Origin: Actinomycetota bacterium
GTDB lineage: Bacteria; Actinomycetota; UBA4738; HRBIN12
Assembly: GCA_036007245.1 (NCBI GenBank)
Contig: DASYOY010000059.1
Location: 221-64,220 of the forward strand
DNA length: 64,000 bases
Reading direction: 5' to 3'
Shown here: piece after piece, positions 19,427 through 28,449 of the stretch
Layout: every line of letters begins with the position of its first letter
Position numbering within the stretch: position 1 is the stretch's first letter
Made by a program: the position numbers and the translations under genes
Notes under the pieces: generated by a model
Seen by the model: only the letters and a program-made list of their open reading frames with translations
What the model was told of the DNA's origin: nothing
Databases searched by the model: none

Positions 19427-19933
19427 CTACGAGGCCTTCGCGGTCCCGGTGTGGTCCATCGCCGCGATCGCGTCGGCGAACGCGTCCACCTTCGCCTGCC
19501 AGCCGTCCTCGAGCGGACCCTTGAGGTCGGTCACGTAGACCTTCTCTTCGGCGACCTTGACCAAGCCTTTGTGCTGCAGGATCTCGATCATGATCGGGCG
19601 GACGTGCTGGAACCGGCAGACCTCCTCCTCGGTGGGGACCACGCCGGTCTTCTTGTCCGGCTGCGGCGCCATCTCGGTGGTCAGCAGCGCGTAGCGCGTG
19701 CCGCGCGGGAGCCGCACATCCCTCAGGAAGTGGCGGATGCTCCGGATCGGGCGGCCCATGCGCCCCGGCGAGCTGAACACGTACAGGTCGGCCGCCGCGA
19801 TCTCCTCGGGTTCGACCTCCTCGACGTGATGCGTCTCGACCGCGATGTCGTGGTTCGCCATCCGGCTGCGGAACTCATCGGCGACCCGCGCGCCGTTGCC
19901 GTACTTCGATGCGTGTACGTACACGACCTTCAT
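19427..19933 (-). CDS. flavodoxin family protein
   Basis: MKVVYVHASKYGNG...DLYVFSSPGRMG is flavodoxin-like. Confidence 0.75.
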   Translation of the reverse strand: MKVVYVHASKYGNGARVADEFRSRMANHDIAVETHHVEEVEPEEIAAADLYVFSSPGRMGRPIRSIRHFLRDVRLPRGTRYALLTTEMAPQPDKKTGVVPTEEEVCRFQHVRPIMIEILQHKGLVKVAEEKVYVTDLKGPLEDGWQAKVDAFADAIAAMDHTGTAKAS

Positions 19934-20076
19934 CGCTCTCTCCTCCTTCGTGAGGAGCGGACATCGTCATCGTGCGAGCGTCGGGGGTCCGCCGCCCGGG
20001 CCGCCCGTCCCGACTCGAAGAGGACCAACGGCCCAGCGGCCCACATCGGCGTCGCGACCGCGCTACGGTCCTGTTG

Positions 20077-20984
20077 TGAACCAGCAGACCCTCGAGATCG
20101 ACCCCGCGAGCCGGCAGCGCTTGACCGAGCGGTTCGGGCACGCCGTCGAAGGGTGGTTCACGCAGCTCCCGGCCGTGCTGGTCACGCTCGTCGACCGCTG
20201 GCACCTGACCCTGGGCAAGCAGATCCGGCACGGCAGCGTCTCGATCGTCTTCTGGTGCCGGCTCGCCGACGGACGGCCGGCCGTGCTCAAGCTGAGCCCC
20301 GACCGGGCTCGCATCGCGGAGGAAACCGCCGCGCTCCGGGCGTGGCGGACCGTCCACGTTCCGCGCGCGATCGGGTCGGACGAGGCTTTCGGTGCGCTGC
20401 TGATCGAGGCGGTCGAACCCGGCGACCCGCTCGATACGAGGCCGGATGAAGCGTCGGCCGAAACCGTCGCCGAGCTCGTCAGCGCACTCCACCAAGGCAC
20501 GCCGAGCCCTTCGTTCCCACGGGTCGAACAGCGGATCGACGCCCTGTTCCGCTCGTCGGGATCGATCTACCAGCGGTACCCCGCGCTCACCGTCGTGATC
20601 TCGAAAGAAACGTACGGGCGCGGTCGCGCGCTGGCCGACCGGCTCGCGAGGCTCGCGCACCGCGACGTGCTGCTCCACGGAGACCTCACGCCGAGCAACA
20701 TCCTGATCGGCGGCGAGCAGCGCGGACTCGTCGCGATCGACCCGGCGCCGTGCGTCGGCAACGCGGCGTTCGACGTCGTCGACCTGGTGTTGTGGCGAGC
20801 GAACAGCGTCGGAACCATCGAGCGGCGAGCCGAGCGGTTGGCAGTCACGATGGATGTCGACGAGTCGGTCATCTTCTCGTGGTGCGTCGCGTTCGCCGGC
20901 ATGAACGCGCTCGAGTTGGCGACCATCGACGATGTTCCTGCCGACCAGATCGACACCCTGGTGGAGCTCGCCGCGCGCGCGTAG
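20077..20984 (+). CDS. aminoglycoside phosphotransferase (APH/streptomycin-kinase-like) family protein
   Basis: It has the Brenner motif HGDLTPSNILI and the DPAPCVGNAAFD motif. The track ORF is over-extended; I chose the GTG start. Confidence 0.75.
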
Positions 20985-21085
20985 GCAGAAGGTGACGGAC
21001 GATGGGTGAACGAACACGTCGCCGCCGTCGCGGGCGAAGCCTGAGCGAGCGCAACGTTCCGCCAACCTCCTATCTGGGACCAGGG

Positions 21086-21223
21086 ATGTATGGAGCAGGA
21101 CAGGAGCATCAAGACGGACCCCTCAGCGAGCGAGCGCGAACGGCCTGGAACGTCGTGATCTACGCGCTCGTCCTGGGCGCGATCGTCTTCTTCGTCCTCA
21201 CCGCCATCTTCCACTGGTTCTGA
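21086..21223 (+). CDS. small membrane protein (45 aa)
   Basis: It has a single TM helix (VVIYALVLGAIVFFVLTAIF). The start is uncertain. Confidence 0.25.
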   Translation: MYGAGQEHQDGPLSERARTAWNVVIYALVLGAIVFFVLTAIFHWF

Positions 21224-21293
21224 GCGCCCAACGCGGGTATGCAATCCTGAGCGCGAGCGAGGGGAGCGCACGGACCGAGACCGGAAGACGGCG

Positions 21294-21905
21294 ATGTACG
21301 CGGGGCTGCTATTCCTCGCCACGATCGTGTTCTCGACCCCCGCGGTCGGCATCTACGGCAAGGTTCGGACCGACCCCAACTACGTGGTCGGCGCCGGGCA
21401 GGACGCCCGCGAGTTCTCGGCGCGTTCCTCAAGCTGCTGACCGCTGCCGCTCATCGGAACGGCGGCCGTCCTTTACCGCATCGTGCGGCGAGTCAGCGGC
21501 AGCATCGCGATCGGGTACGTCGCCATCCGGACACTCGAGTCGACGCTGATCGTCGTCGGGCTCATCAGCCTGCTCTCGGTCGTCACGATGCGCCGGGACT
21601 TCGGCTCGACCACCGGACGTTCATGATCGGCCCGGCGTTCTGCGCCGCGATCGACAACGGGATCATGCTCGGATATCTGATGTACCGCGGGCAGATCGTG
21701 CCGCGGCCGTGGGCCATCCCCCGGGGTGGCGGGCGGCACGATCGCGCTGGTATCGCCGGTGCTGCAACTCTTCGCCGTATACGAAAACCAGTCGGCGGCC
21801 TCGGCCGTTCTGATCATCCCCGAGTCGTCTGGGAGCTCTTCCTGCGCATATACCTGACGTTCAAAGGCTTTACGCCGTCGCCATTCCTCGAACGAGAGCC
21901 TGCAA
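21294..21905 (+). pseudogene. DUF4386 family membrane protein gene disrupted by at least three frameshifts
   Basis: DUF4386-like segments (LIGTAAVLYRIV...LESTLIVVGLISLLSVV; MIGPAFCAAIDNGIMLGYLMYRGQIVPRP; AGGTIALVSPVLQLFAVYENQSAASAVLIIPE; VWELFLRIYLTFKGFTPS) lie consecutively but in different frames. Confidence 0.5.
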
Positions 21906-22043
21906 GGGCCCCCACGCCCTGACCGACCGCTTCAGCGTTTGACCGACCGAGCGACGGGGTCTACGGTCGCCGCGGTTTGGCCCTCTGACGAGGAACCCTT
22001 CCGAAGGGCAACCCTCGTCTCAAGTCGAACGGGGAGGGTCGAG

Positions 22044-23207
22044 ATGAGATTCCACGTGGGTCGTCCGCTCGCGTTGTTCGTCGTTATCGCGTCCAGCCTG
22101 GTTGTGATCGCGACCGCTGTTCCGTCCGCAGAAGCGCAGGAAGGCCCTGGTGCGAGCGCGCCTTGCTCCCCGCGGATCATCGATCTCGGCACGCTCGGTG
22201 GAGCGAACAGCGAGATCGATGGGTCCAACAGCGTTGGTACGTGGGTCGGCACTGCCGAGGACGCGAGAGGAGACATCTTCCCGGTCATATGGCGCAACGG
22301 CCTGATCCACGCCATCGGCGACACAGGAGGCGAGGGCAGCGACGTCAACAACCGAGGAGTCGTTGTCGGGACCGTGGATGCAGGAGCGTTCTGGTGGAAC
22401 GGAGGGCCCGAACACCTTCTTCCCATCCCCGACGGAACGAGTGGCAGTAGCGTTCGGCGGATCAACGACCACAACGATGCCGTCGGAACGGTCGGCACAG
22501 CAGATGGCAACACCGTGGCGATCGAATGGATCCATCTGCGAACGCCGCGCCTCTTGCCGACGCCGGACGGCTTCTACAGCGAGGCGTATGGGATCAACAA
22601 CGCCGGTGACATCGTCGGCGACATCGGGAACGACACCACACAGATCGCTTGGGAGTGGGGCCATGACGGGTCGAGTCACGCCCTGCAACCCGAGTACCCG
22701 AACGGCTTCAGCCAGGCCAACCTGATCAACAACCGCGGCGTCGCTGCCGGTGGGCTCGACTTCGGAGGGCAGATCGGTTTGTGGGCCGCCACGTGGCAGC
22801 AAGGGACGGTCACCAAGCTGGGCTCCTTCGGGGCGGAACCCAACTTCAGCTTCGCGTTCGGGCAGGATGAGCTCGGCGACTACGTGGGAGGCGGGACGTA
22901 CAGCCCCGATGACTTCTCCTTCCACGTCTTCGTTACGAGAGCCGGCTCGGGCACGATGCTGACGATGTTGCCGCTGTCGGGAAACCTCGCCGACGGGAGC
23001 AACGCGCACGCAGTCATCCCCGCGTACATGGGACAACCCGGGATCGCGGTCGGTGGCGACAGCACGACCAGCACCGGCGACGACCACGCGACCGTATGGA
23101 CGTGCGCGTTCCGGCAAGCCTTCCCGCCACCAATCGTCGACCCGATCGCCCGCGTGTCGGGACGGGCTCTCGCGTTCAAACGGATGGTCGACCTCGCACG
23201 ATCGTGA
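22044..23207 (+). CDS. secreted HAF-family extracellular repeat protein
   Basis: There is a signal peptide (MRFHVGRPLALFVVIASSLVVIATAVPSAEA), the HAF motif DLGTLGG, and repeated INNxGxxVG segments. Confidence 0.7.
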   Translation: MRFHVGRPLALFVVIASSLVVIATAVPSAEAQEGPGASAPCSPRIIDLGTLGGANSEIDGSNSVGTWVGTAEDARGDIFPVIWRNGLIHAIGDTGGEGSDVNNRGVVVGTVDAGAFWWNGGPEHLLPIPDGTSGSSVRRINDHNDAVGTVGTADGNTVAIEWIHLRTPRLLPTPDGFYSEAYGINNAGDIVGDIGNDTTQIAWEWGHDGSSHALQPEYPNGFSQANLINNRGVAAGGLDFGGQIGLWAATWQQGTVTKLGSFGAEPNFSFAFGQDELGDYVGGGTYSPDDFSFHVFVTRAGSGTMLTMLPLSGNLADGSNAHAVIPAYMGQPGIAVGGDSTTSTGDDHATVWTCAFRQAFPPPIVDPIARVSGRALAFKRMVDLARS

Positions 23208-23306
23208 GGAGCTGACCGCCGCGGCACGCGGGCAGCCCGTCCGCGACTTGACGCAAGCGTGACGGAGGGTTAGTCCGGTACTCCGTCGACGGAAAGGGAG
23301 GGTCAG

Positions 23307-23693
23307 ATGGCGACCGATCTGACGGTTGAGGTCGAGGACACGCCGGGTTCGCTTGCGAGCATCGGCGAGGCGCTCGGCGGCTCCGGGATCAACATCGAAG
23401 GCCTGTTCGGGGCGAGCGTGGACGGACGTGGGCTCATCCACCTTTGCGTCGAGGACGGCCCGGCTGCGCGCAAGGCGCTCGAGGGTGCCGGCATCTCGGT
23501 CACGGATGAGGCCGACGCGATCCTCGGCCCGGCGGTCCAAGGCGCGAGCGATCCCGGAACGATGGGCGCGATGGCGCGCCAGATCGCGAACGCGGGCATC
23601 AACGTGAAGGCGGCGTACATCGCGACCGGTAACCGTGTGGTGATGGTCACGAGCGACAATGCCAAGCTCATGGAGATGATGGCGAACATGTAG
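23307..23693 (+). CDS. ACT domain-containing protein
   Basis: The sequence is ACT-like (tandem GxGINIEGL/AGINVKAA). A GGAAAGGGAGG Shine-Dalgarno-like sequence precedes it. Confidence 0.75.
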   Translation: MATDLTVEVEDTPGSLASIGEALGGSGINIEGLFGASVDGRGLIHLCVEDGPAARKALEGAGISVTDEADAILGPAVQGASDPGTMGAMARQIANAGINVKAAYIATGNRVVMVTSDNAKLMEMMANM

Positions 23694-23891
23694 ATGGCGC
23701 CGACGACCTGGGGACAGACGAAGGACGAGGTCCACTACAAGCCGTCGCCGCAGCCGCAGGTGGCGTGCAAGGAATGCATGTGGATGTTCCCTCGGCTTGC
23801 GCTCGGCTCATGCAAGTACGTGCGTGGCGTCATCGAAGCGACGGCGACCTGTGATCTGTTCGAGCCTCGGAAGCGCTCGTCCTCGGTCTGA
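23694..23891 (+). CDS. small Cys-rich protein, HiPIP-like 4-Cys spacing (CxxC-x10-C-x12-C), no signal peptide
   Basis: Its ATG directly abuts the ACT stop (TAGATG). CKECMWMF and C-x5-G-x2-I-x5-C resemble the HiPIP blocks CxNCxxF and CQLFPGKLINVNGWC. Confidence 0.45.
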   Translation: MAPTTWGQTKDEVHYKPSPQPQVACKECMWMFPRLALGSCKYVRGVIEATATCDLFEPRKRSSSV

Positions 23892-23914
23892 ACCGCCGAC
23901 GCTATCCTGCTGCG

Positions 23915-24367
23915 GTGGTTGCCTCCTCCGGTGAAGAAGCAGCGCGCCGCAACGCAGTGGTCGAGGGCTTGATCTCGATCGGCATCGAGGACGGCGTCTT
24001 CCACCTGATGGCGCTTGATGGCCAGCTGCTCGAGCTCAAGTGCGAGACGCCGAGGTGCTACTGCGAGCAAGGTCGCACGTATTTCCCAAGGCCGCCGATC
24101 CCGGATTCAGACTGGGATCCGACGCTCGACCACTATCCGATCTTGAAGTCGAACGGCGGCCACAAGGACCCGTGGAACGTGCGGCTGGCGCACAAGCTCT
24201 GCAACCGGGAGGACTTCGCCTGGCGCGACCGCGTCACGCGGATGATCAAGGAGCACCGCTCGCTCGCCGAGATGGCCGAGGAACTCAACCGGGTGGGCGT
24301 GCTCCACCCGTACGGCTCAGGTCCGTGGACGGCCGAGTCGGTCCGGTCGGCGTTCGTGGCATCGTAG
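23915..24367 (+). CDS. HNH endonuclease family protein (150 aa)
   Basis: The HNH core is DHYPILKSNGGHKDPWNVRLAHKLCN, with an upstream CETPRCYC zinc-knuckle. The start is a GTG. Confidence 0.65.
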   Translation: MVASSGEEAARRNAVVEGLISIGIEDGVFHLMALDGQLLELKCETPRCYCEQGRTYFPRPPIPDSDWDPTLDHYPILKSNGGHKDPWNVRLAHKLCNREDFAWRDRVTRMIKEHRSLAEMAEELNRVGVLHPYGSGPWTAESVRSAFVAS

Positions 24368-24395
24368 GGCTCCATCCTTCCGAAGGAGGCACGCG

Positions 24396-25160
24396 ATGCG
24401 ACTCGAGAACCGTGCAGCGTTGGTCACCGGCGGCACCTCTGGGATCGGAGAGGCCACCTGCCTGCTCTTCGGCCGCGAAGGCGCAAGCGTCGCCGTCGTC
24501 GGGCGGAACACCGAGCGCGGGAAGTCCGTCGCGAGGCGCATCTCGGACGGCGGCGGGAACGCGATCTTCATCCAGGCGGACGTCCGCAAGAGCGACGACT
24601 GCCGGACGGCGGTCGACCGCACGCTCGAGACGTTCGGTCGCCTCGACGTCCTGTTCAACAACGCGGGTAGCTACTACCAGAACGACGTCGTCGGCTGCAC
24701 CGAGCAGGAGTGGGACGACCAGGTCGACACGAGCCTGAAAGGCGCGTTCCTGATGTCGAAGTACGCGCTCCCCCACATGATCGAGCGCGGGACGGGCTCG
24801 ATCATCAACTGCGCGTCGGGCTGGGGGCTGGTCGGCGGCCCGAAGTCGGCGGCGTACTGCGCCGCGAAGGGCGGCATGGTCGTGATGACTAAGGCGATGG
24901 CGATCGACCACGGGCCGCAAGGCATCCGCGTGAACGCGATCTGTCCGGGCGACACCGACACGCCGATGGAGCGCGAGGACGCCCGGGCACAGGGGCTGAC
25001 CTGGGAGCAATACCTGGAGCAGACGGTCGCTCACCGGCCGATCGCGCGGATGGCGACGCCAGAGGAGATCGCGTTCGGGGTTCTCTATCTCGCGAGCGAC
25101 GAGTCCTCGTACGTCACCGGCGCGGCGCTTCCAGTGGACGGTGGCGGCGTCGCCGACTGA
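24396..25160 (+). CDS. SDR family oxidoreductase
   Basis: It has the TGGTSGIG Rossmann motif, NNAG and the S-Y-K catalytic residues (YCAAK). Confidence 0.9.
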   Translation: MRLENRAALVTGGTSGIGEATCLLFGREGASVAVVGRNTERGKSVARRISDGGGNAIFIQADVRKSDDCRTAVDRTLETFGRLDVLFNNAGSYYQNDVVGCTEQEWDDQVDTSLKGAFLMSKYALPHMIERGTGSIINCASGWGLVGGPKSAAYCAAKGGMVVMTKAMAIDHGPQGIRVNAICPGDTDTPMEREDARAQGLTWEQYLEQTVAHRPIARMATPEEIAFGVLYLASDESSYVTGAALPVDGGGVAD

Positions 25161-25703
25161 CTACCAGTAGCGCGCCGTCGACATGAACGTCACCGCGAGC
25201 AGGAGCAGCACGATGTCGACCCGGCCGTGCACCATCAGGCTCTGTTGTATCGCTTGGACGCGGGCGATCTTCTCGGGCGGCGGGGGACCCTCAGATGCGG
25301 CGATCTCGCTGCCGACGTCAACGAGCTCCTCCACACCTTTGCCGACATGGAACAGGCCCTCGTACCAAGCGATCGACGCCAGGATGCCGCCGAGCGTGAG
25401 CGCGAGCCCGAAGCCGCCAGAGTGGAAGACCCAGGTCGAGACGTGCCAGTCGTAATCGCGGAGGTCCTTGAGCCACAGCAACCAACCGGCGGCCACCGCG
25501 CTCGTGGCGAACACCGTGATCCGCTTGGAGACCTTGTACTTCTTGACCGCGACCTCCATCAGCGGCCCGGCTTTGGGACCGACATCGGCGGCCGCGGGGC
25601 CGATCACCGCAACGAAGAGGAAGGCCGACCCAACCCACAGCGCCCCGCCCACGATGTGGAAGAAACGCAGCACGATCATCACCCAGTCAGCTGAAGCGAT
25701 CAC
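25161..25703 (-). CDS. hypothetical integral membrane protein (4 TM)
   Basis: The sequence is hydrophobic. A GGGGA lies 6 nt before the GTG start. The track ORF is over-extended. Confidence 0.5.
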   Translation of the reverse strand: MIASADWVMIVLRFFHIVGGALWVGSAFLFVAVIGPAAADVGPKAGPLMEVAVKKYKVSKRITVFATSAVAAGWLLWLKDLRDYDWHVSTWVFHSGGFGLALTLGGILASIAWYEGLFHVGKGVEELVDVGSEIAASEGPPPPEKIARVQAIQQSLMVHGRVDIVLLLLAVTFMSTARYW

Positions 25704-25916
25704 CTGGTCCCCTTTCGCGCATCCCCGCCCGCCGGGGCCGCACGCACGATACGGCCCGCACGGCACGCAATCCAGACCGCTACGTCGGGAACTTCGGCGC
25801 CTTGCCCTCGAACGAGGTTGCGTTGTAGCCCGACCCGATGTCGCAGAGATCCTTCCCGGGCCCGCCCCGATAGACACGCATGCGGTTCCTCCGATCACAG
25901 AGAAGGTGCCGCGACG

Positions 25917-27069
25917 TTACGCCACGGGGATGCGCTTGTCCGGGTCTACGAACGGCATCTCCACGACCGTCGCCATCCGTCGGCCCCACTCGGTGTCGAC
26001 CGCCACCGTCGAGCCCATCGCGGACTTGCTCTTCGGGAGCCAGCAGTATCCGATGTTCATCTGCAGCCGGGGCGAATAGATCGCGCTCGTGACCTTGCCG
26101 ACGACGTCGTTGCCGTCGAGCGCGGGCCACTTCACGTTGTTGAGCGCGGGGAACGGGTCGCCGTCGAGCTCGACGCCGTTGATCTGCCGCTCGACGCCCG
26201 CGCTCGCGATCCGCTTGAGCGCCGCGATCGAGATCGACGCGTCTTCCGACAGGTCGTCGACGAGCCGGCCGAGGCCCATCTCGTACGGGTTGTTCTCGTA
26301 CGTCATGTCGGCGCCCCAGTTGAAGATGCCGCCCTCGATCCTGCGTATGTCCGACGGGCCGGTCGGACGCACGTTGAACGGCGCGCCGGCCGCCATCACC
26401 TTGTCCCAGAGCTCGGTGCCCTTCGACATGTCCTCGAGGTAGATCTCGTAGCCCACCTCCGAGGTCCATCCCGTTCGTGTCACGACCACCGGGATGCCGC
26501 CGAGGTCGAATCGCTTCCAGAAGTAGTACTTGATGTCGAGCACCTCGTCGCCGACCAGCGCCTGCATCAGGTCCTTCGACTTCGGACCCTGGATCTGCAT
26601 CGGTGCGACGTCTGCCTCGCGGATCGTGACGTTCAGGTCCGGATAGGCGTTCCGCAGCCCGCGAGCGAACAGCAAGGCGTCGCTGGAAGCAAGGGCGAAC
26701 CAGAAGGTGTTCTCGTCCATCCGGGTGAGCACCGGGTCGTTGATGATGCCGCCGTCGCTGTCGCAAACAAGCACGTACTTCGCTTGCCCCACCGCGCACT
26801 TGGAGAGATCGCGGCACGTGAGCAGCTGCGCGAAGCGGAACCCATCCGGCCCCGAGATCTCGAGGCACCGCTCGACGGCGACATCCCAGACCGTCACGTC
26901 GTTCAGCAGCGCGTCGAACTCGTTCTCGAACGTGTCGAAGCGGATCGGGAAGTACATGTGGTTGTAGACGGTGTAGCCGAGTGGCGAGTGGCGCTGTTCC
27001 GCCTCGTAGTAGGGCGTCCTCCGGTTCCTCGCCCCGCGCTGGACCAGCCCCATGTCGAACTCGGCCATC
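25917..27069 (-). CDS. GcvT-family aminomethyltransferase (DmdA-like), paralog 2
   Basis: It starts at MAEFDM and has the same conserved blocks (VWDVAVER, GPDG, LTCRDLSKCAVGQAKY, NDPVLTR). Confidence 0.85.
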
Positions 27070-27207
27070 CCGTCCCCCTTCTGGTCAGTGGGGGGCAGCA
27101 TCCGCCAGGACGGCTGGCGGCGCAACCGGCGGTTACCTGCGACCGGTGGGCCGGGCGTAGGGTGGCCGTTCGGCCATCGGGGCCGAGGTGGGAAAGGGAG
27201 TGAGCCC

Positions 27208-28386
27208 GTGACCAACGAACGTTCGGAGATGCTCGAGCAGAGCGCGACCCTGTATTTCGGTCCCTGGTACCGACGGTCCCCCTACTTCGACGCGACCCGG
27301 CGCGCGGGCTGCACCGCGTACGACATCTACAACCACATGTACCTCCCGGGCTATTACGACGACCCGGACGTCGAGTACGCGCTGTTGAACGAAGGCGTCA
27401 CGATGTGGGACGTCGGCGTCGAGCGGACCGTCGAGGTCAGCGGCCCCGACGCGGACAAGCTGATCGACATGATCACCTGCCGCGACCTGACGAAGTGCAA
27501 GATCAAGCAGGGCAAGTACATGATCGTGACGGCGCCCCACGGCGGCATCGTGAACGACCCGGTGTTGCTCCACGTCGACGAGAACAAGTGGTGGATGCAG
27601 CTCGCGGACTCCGACGCCGGGCTGTACGCGCTCGGCGTGGCCGCGTCGAGCGGCCTGAACGCGAAGGTGACGCTCCCCGACGTGCACCCGATGCAGGTCC
27701 AGGGGCCGTTGTCCGCGAAGACCCTCGAGAAGCTCGTCGGCTCGGCGATCTACGACATCAAGTACTACTGGTGCGAGAACTTCTCGATCGACGGCATCCC
27801 CGTGCTGATAAGCAGGACGGGCTGGACCGCGATCCCCGGTTTTGAAGTCAACCTACTTGACTATTCGAAGGGGGACGCGCTCTGGGACGCGGTGGCCGGG
27901 GCCGGCGAGGAGTTCGGGATCAAGCCGATCGCGCCGTGCGAGGCTCGTCGGATCGAGGGTGGCATCTTCAACTACGGGTCGGACATGACGCTCGACGACA
28001 CGCCGCTGCATGTGATGGGGCTCGAGCGCCTGGTCGAGGATCAGCCGCAGGACTACATCGGCAAGGGGGCGCTCGAGGCGCTGAAGGCGAAGGGCGTCGA
28101 CCGCAAACTGGTCGGCCTCGACCTTCCCGGCGAGCAGCTCCGCGCAGAGCTCTCGCGACCCTGGGATGTCATGCGCGACGGGAAGGCCGTTGGTCGCGTC
28201 ACCGACGCCGTGTGGTCGCCCGGCCTGGCAAGGAACATCGGGTTCGTTTGGGTGCCGATCGACATGGCCGAGCCGGGGACGAAGCTCGAGATCCACACCG
28301 AGCACGGCACGACGATCGAGGGAACGACCGCCTCGATCCCGTTCGTCGATCCGCGGAAGGAAGCCCCGGCGGCCGCGCTCGCCTAA
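27208..28386 (+). CDS. GcvT-family aminomethyltransferase (DmdA-like), paralog 3
   Basis: FGPWYRRSPYFDAT and LTCRDLTKCKIKQGKY are present. It is divergent from paralog 2 across a 138-bp intergenic region. A GGGAAAGGGAG sequence precedes the GTG start. Confidence 0.85.
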   Translation: MTNERSEMLEQSATLYFGPWYRRSPYFDATRRAGCTAYDIYNHMYLPGYYDDPDVEYALLNEGVTMWDVGVERTVEVSGPDADKLIDMITCRDLTKCKIKQGKYMIVTAPHGGIVNDPVLLHVDENKWWMQLADSDAGLYALGVAASSGLNAKVTLPDVHPMQVQGPLSAKTLEKLVGSAIYDIKYYWCENFSIDGIPVLISRTGWTAIPGFEVNLLDYSKGDALWDAVAGAGEEFGIKPIAPCEARRIEGGIFNYGSDMTLDDTPLHVMGLERLVEDQPQDYIGKGALEALKAKGVDRKLVGLDLPGEQLRAELSRPWDVMRDGKAVGRVTDAVWSPGLARNIGFVWVPIDMAEPGTKLEIHTEHGTTIEGTTASIPFVDPRKEAPAAALA

Positions 28387-28404
28387 GGATCCGGACGAAC
28401 GACG

Positions 28405-28439
28405 ACCCGGCCGAGACGCCGCACGAGCGTCTCGGCCGG
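28405..28439. terminator. perfect 14-bp GC-rich hairpin (CCCGGCCGAGACGC/GCGTCTCGGCCGGG) between convergent genes
   Basis: I read it directly from the sequence. It has no U-tract, as is typical of high-GC actinobacterial terminators. It could act in both directions. Confidence 0.45.
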
Positions 28440-28449
28440 GCCGACGGAA

